Source: Bdellovibrionota bacterium
Lineage (GTDB): Bacteria; Bdellovibrionota_C; UBA2361; JAAYZI01
Length of the DNA stretch: 64,000 nucleotides
Direction of reading: 5' to 3'
Assembly: GCA_050950765.1 (NCBI GenBank)
Contig: JBMNIF010000001.1
Coordinates: 179,619-243,618, forward strand
Shown in pieces: positions 60,721 through 64,000 of the stretch; within the stretch, counting starts at the first letter, position 1, and every line of letters starts with the position of its first letter. Under the pieces are notes generated by a model. That model was not told where the DNA came from and did not search any database. It was given only the letters and a program-made list of their open reading frames with translations. Made by a program: the position numbers and the translations under genes.

Positions 60721-63700
60721 ATGAATGATTATAGCTATTTACTTATATATACCAACGCTCCAATTGATGAGTTAGAGGGTGCTGCCGAGCGTAGTGCAGG
60801 TGTCGAAATAGTGACATGGCAGGCGCTTGTCCATTCGTTGCTAAAACAGGGGGGGAGGCGTGTCTTTGTAGCAGGAGATGTAGTAGGTGGAGATCGTACA
60901 AAAGATGGGGTTGAGTACCTTGATATCGGACTAGAGAAAGATATCACCTTAGCTATAAATAGAGTTCGTAAAGAATCTCAAGCTTATCACGTGATCGTTA
61001 TCGGACGTGGCGCAGATCTATCAAGTATAGTTAGTGACGAAAGGTGTTTAAGTTGCTTTGTTATTAATCATGAAAGTCAAACAGCCACTACTTTAAGCTC
61101 TGAAGAGGTAGGGGCTGCCTTAGATTGTATGGCACGACTTTCAGAACCTCAAAAAAGAGTTACAAAACCGGTTTTAATACCCCTTTCTGAAGTTATGATA
61201 GCTTCAGAAGAAGATTTCAAAATAGATTTTCAAGGTGAAGTTGAGGAAGATCTCGAAGAAGACCTTGAAGAAAAAACTTTCCTACAAGACGGCGGAATTT
61301 TACTTAAAGAGAGTTTTGAGGATGACGCTGAAACGTTCTTTAAAGGGGTGCCTGTAATAGAGGAAGCGACAGAGGGTGCGTCGCTTGAGACTAATATTAT
61401 CGAAAGTGGTGCTACGAGAGGTCTTGAAGATAACGGGGAAGATAAAGAGGATAAGATTAGTGTGAGTCAAATTTCTGACACTTCTGACGGAGAGAAAAAA
61501 CTTAAGATCTTAATGCAAAATAGAGGTGGGACTTTTACGCAGCGCGGTGGGGATACTATTGTTATTGAAAAGTTAAGTGAAGGTCTTACAAAAAGAGGGC
61601 ACGAAGTGGTGATTGATCTCGATGGTAGTGCAGACCCTGCTAAGTTTGATATCGTGCACCTTTTTAACTTTGTTCTACCTGATTTTATTGAAGAGCGTGC
61701 TAAGGCAGCCTTAGCAGCAGGAACTCCGTTTGTTGTTACAACTTTAAATGAAGACCTGCCGAGCTTTCACAATCAATCAATTACGTACGCCAACTTTTTG
61801 ATACACTATGTACAGTACGGGCAGGATCGTGCTTGGTACAGTAAAAATGAGCCGGATTTATATGAAATAACGCCGTGCTCAGGAAATGATAACACCTTTG
61901 CTGTTAAAAACGCAGCGTTGCTCTTTACCACAGGTCAGGCAGAAAACCTTATTTTGCAACGCTCTTACGGGGACCTTTCAAATCTTTGCGAAATAAAGCT
62001 AGGGCATGAGATCGGAGAAGATGTATCTCCCGAACTCTTTCAGGAGGCGTATAAGTTACAAGATTTTATCTTATGCGTCGGACGTTTGGAATCTCGCAAA
62101 AATCAACTAATGCTCCTTAAAGCGTTAGAAGATAGTAATCTGCCCCTTGTTCTCGTTGCCGGAAATGTTTGTTATCAACCGGCTTACGCCAACGCCGTCA
62201 GGTCTTTTAGACGACGTGGGCAAACACTAATCTTGGACTACCTTTCTTCAGAGATGTTGGCATCTGCTTATGCGGCTGCCAAAGTGCATGTTTTACCGAG
62301 TTGGTATGAACTACCTGGCTTAGTCTCGCTAGAAGCGGGTGCTAGAGGATGCCAAGTGGTTGTAAGTGATTCCGGAACAACGCGGGATTATCTGGGAGAT
62401 AACGCCTTTTACTGTGACCCCGATGATGAGAGGTCAATCCGTGTTGCGGTTATGTCTGCTTACCACGCCTCTGCTAATGAAAAAATAAGAGATCTGTGTC
62501 GTTCTTATAATTGGGAGGATGCTGTTCTTAAAACGGAGGCAGCTTATAAAAAAGTGTGCAGGGGCGAAGGTGCTCTTGTAGACGAAGTTGTTGTTGAAAA
62601 TAAGGAGAAAAATGAGATGAGTACATTAGGATTTGATGATAATACCGCTGGGACTGTTCCACCACCTGTCACTGCCGGTAGTTATGATTGCGCCCTTGGT
62701 GCTGTCGAATTCCAAGAAGTGCTGGAACGGGGAGAGATGGCGGCACGCAATAAGGAGTACAATATTGCTCATGCCTGTCTTGAAAGAGCAGAGAAGTTAA
62801 ACCCCCTTTCTGCACGCGTTTTTAGAGCTAGAGGCGCTGTTTTCTTAGCAGAGAATAATGTCACTCATGCCTTTGAATGCTTTAATAAAGCGCTTGAAAT
62901 TGATGCAAATGATGCGCGTTCTTGGAGCGGCTTAGGGATGTGCGAGCTGCATGAAGGAGACCTATCTGAGGCGTATGATCATTTTGTAAAAGCGTTGACC
63001 TTAGAAGGTGATCAACTTGTTTCTATCTTACAGTTGGTGGAATGCTCTTATAAACTTAACAGATTCGACGATCTGATCACGATTCTGCGAAAGTATATCG
63101 CAGAGCATCCTGATAATCTGGATATGCGCTACTGTTATGCAGGAGCATTATATAAGAGTGGCGATTTTGATAACGCAAGTAGCGTGGTTGATGAGATCTT
63201 GAATGAGGATCCGACTAATCTCGGCGCAAAGCAGTTACGCTCTGCCATAGATGAGGCGCAGCAAGATCTTGCGCAGCCGACTCCTGTATCTATGAGTGCC
63301 ATCGAGAAAAAAATAGCAGAGAGTGTGCCTGAAGTAGATGGCATTTCAAAGCATCTGCGCAAACTTGTTGCTCTGGAAGAGTTAAAGCGGAGCCATGATT
63401 ATGAAAAAGTGCTTGCTGGATGTGATGATATTTTGAGAGTTAACGGATTATCTCCGCAGGAGCGAGAGTGGAGCACCCTTCTGAAGGGAGAGGTTTTTGT
63501 TCTAACAGGACAATCCGATACGGCAGCGCAGATATTTGCTGATGTCTTAAAAGATAATCCGAACTCTGCTCGTGCACTGAATGGTCAAGGAGCTTTGGCG
63601 ATAGCTGCTGGAGATTGGAATAAAGCTAGGGAGAGCTTTCAAGAGGCTTTTGAAATAGAGCCTAGCAACGATGTGGCGCTAGCGGGGCTGGGCACTTGCG

Positions 63701-64000
63701 CTGTGCAGCAAGGAGATACGGAGATGGCGTGGCGATATTACAGTAAGGCGCTTTCGAAGAATCATGAAAACGTACGGGCCTTACTCGGCTCCATAGAGTT
63801 AGGATATCAACTAGGTAAAATGGATGAGGTTGAAAAGGTTATTAAGAATTATCTTGAACTGCATCCAGCTAGTGTTGATTTTATCTATTCCTTAGCGGGG
63901 TGTTACTTCGTTCAAAATAGATTGCAGGACGCTACGGATCAGTTGGAGAAGATCGCATTACTTGATCCTGAGAACGCACGTGCCTTAGAGTTACGTGGTT
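60721..64000 (+). CDS. GT4 glycosyltransferase fused to multiple TPR repeats (3'-partial, >1090 aa; absent from ORF track)
   Basis: Manual translation, open from ATG 60721 to the window end: acidic linker, then KILMQNR..GGDTIVIE, CVGRLESRKNQL, VLPSWYELPGLVSLEA (E-x7-E), then TPRs (DARSWSGLGMCE, SARALNGQGALA, NDVALAGLGTCA). Confidence 0.85.
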   Translation, partial: MNDYSYLLIYTNAPIDELEGAAERSAGVEIVTWQALVHSLLKQGGRRVFVAGDVVGGDRTKDGVEYLDIGLEKDITLAINRVRKESQAYHVIVIGRGADLSSIVSDERCLSCFVINHESQTATTLSSEEVGAALDCMARLSEPQKRVTKPVLIPLSEVMIASEEDFKIDFQGEVEEDLEEDLEEKTFLQDGGILLKESFEDDAETFFKGVPVIEEATEGASLETNIIESGATRGLEDNGEDKEDKISVSQISDTSDGEKKLKILMQNRGGTFTQRGGDTIVIEKLSEGLTKRGHEVVIDLDGSADPAKFDIVHLFNFVLPDFIEERAKAALAAGTPFVVTTLNEDLPSFHNQSITYANFLIHYVQYGQDRAWYSKNEPDLYEITPCSGNDNTFAVKNAALLFTTGQAENLILQRSYGDLSNLCEIKLGHEIGEDVSPELFQEAYKLQDFILCVGRLESRKNQLMLLKALEDSNLPLVLVAGNVCYQPAYANAVRSFRRRGQTLILDYLSSEMLASAYAAAKVHVLPSWYELPGLVSLEAGARGCQVVVSDSGTTRDYLGDNAFYCDPDDERSIRVAVMSAYHASANEKIRDLCRSYNWEDAVLKTEAAYKKVCRGEGALVDEVVVENKEKNEMSTLGFDDNTAGTVPPPVTAGSYDCALGAVEFQEVLERGEMAARNKEYNIAHACLERAEKLNPLSARVFRARGAVFLAENNVTHAFECFNKALEIDANDARSWSGLGMCELHEGDLSEAYDHFVKALTLEGDQLVSILQLVECSYKLNRFDDLITILRKYIAEHPDNLDMRYCYAGALYKSGDFDNASSVVDEILNEDPTNLGAKQLRSAIDEAQQDLAQPTPVSMSAIEKKIAESVPEVDGISKHLRKLVALEELKRSHDYEKVLAGCDDILRVNGLSPQEREWSTLLKGEVFVLTGQSDTAAQIFADVLKDNPNSARALNGQGALAIAAGDWNKARESFQEAFEIEPSNDVALAGLGTCAVQQGDTEMAWRYYSKALSKNHENVRALLGSIELGYQLGKMDEVEKVIKNYLELHPASVDFIYSLAGCYFVQNRLQDATDQLEKIALLDPENARALELRG

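Overview
A 64-kb chromosomal segment of an AT-rich diderm bacterium (lptCAB, kdsA, TolC, dxr, rho, sigma54 regulator; a delta-proteobacteria-like lineage is inferred, not proven). The core blocks are rpsB-tsf-pyrH-frr-uppS-cdsA-cdsA2-dxr-rseP-tsaB, rho-response regulator-proA, pyrG-kdsA-lptCAB, fabF-hisS, nth, rsmD/rsmE and lpdA-lipB. Accessory content includes three GT4 glycosyltransferases (one a >1090-aa GT4-TPR protein missing from the ORF track because it runs off the window), an FrhB-like Fe-S protein with a methyltransferase, a MacAB-TolC-type exporter, a class V aminotransferase and an 871-aa orphan. Mobile elements are two IS1634-family copies (one interrupted by an IS3-family element with a 4-bp TSD) and a truncated transposase at the left edge. 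The most striking feature is a long (322 aa) HUH/Y1 RAYT-like nuclease flanked by, and co-occurring with, roughly 65-70 copies (counted by eye) of a short core GGGTGGCACC(A). These form head-to-tail intergenic arrays built from a small reusable library of spacer modules (about 32, 33, 53, 65, 76-79 and 111 bp), many with a hairpin at the core. Two accessory segments are bracketed by direct repeats of this material: a GT4 gene between 108-bp repeats, and an aminotransferase/IS island between 15-bp repeats. This suggests, by inference, a REP/RAYT-type system that shuffles modules and possibly genes at a common core. No rRNA, tRNA or CRISPR-Cas was found.
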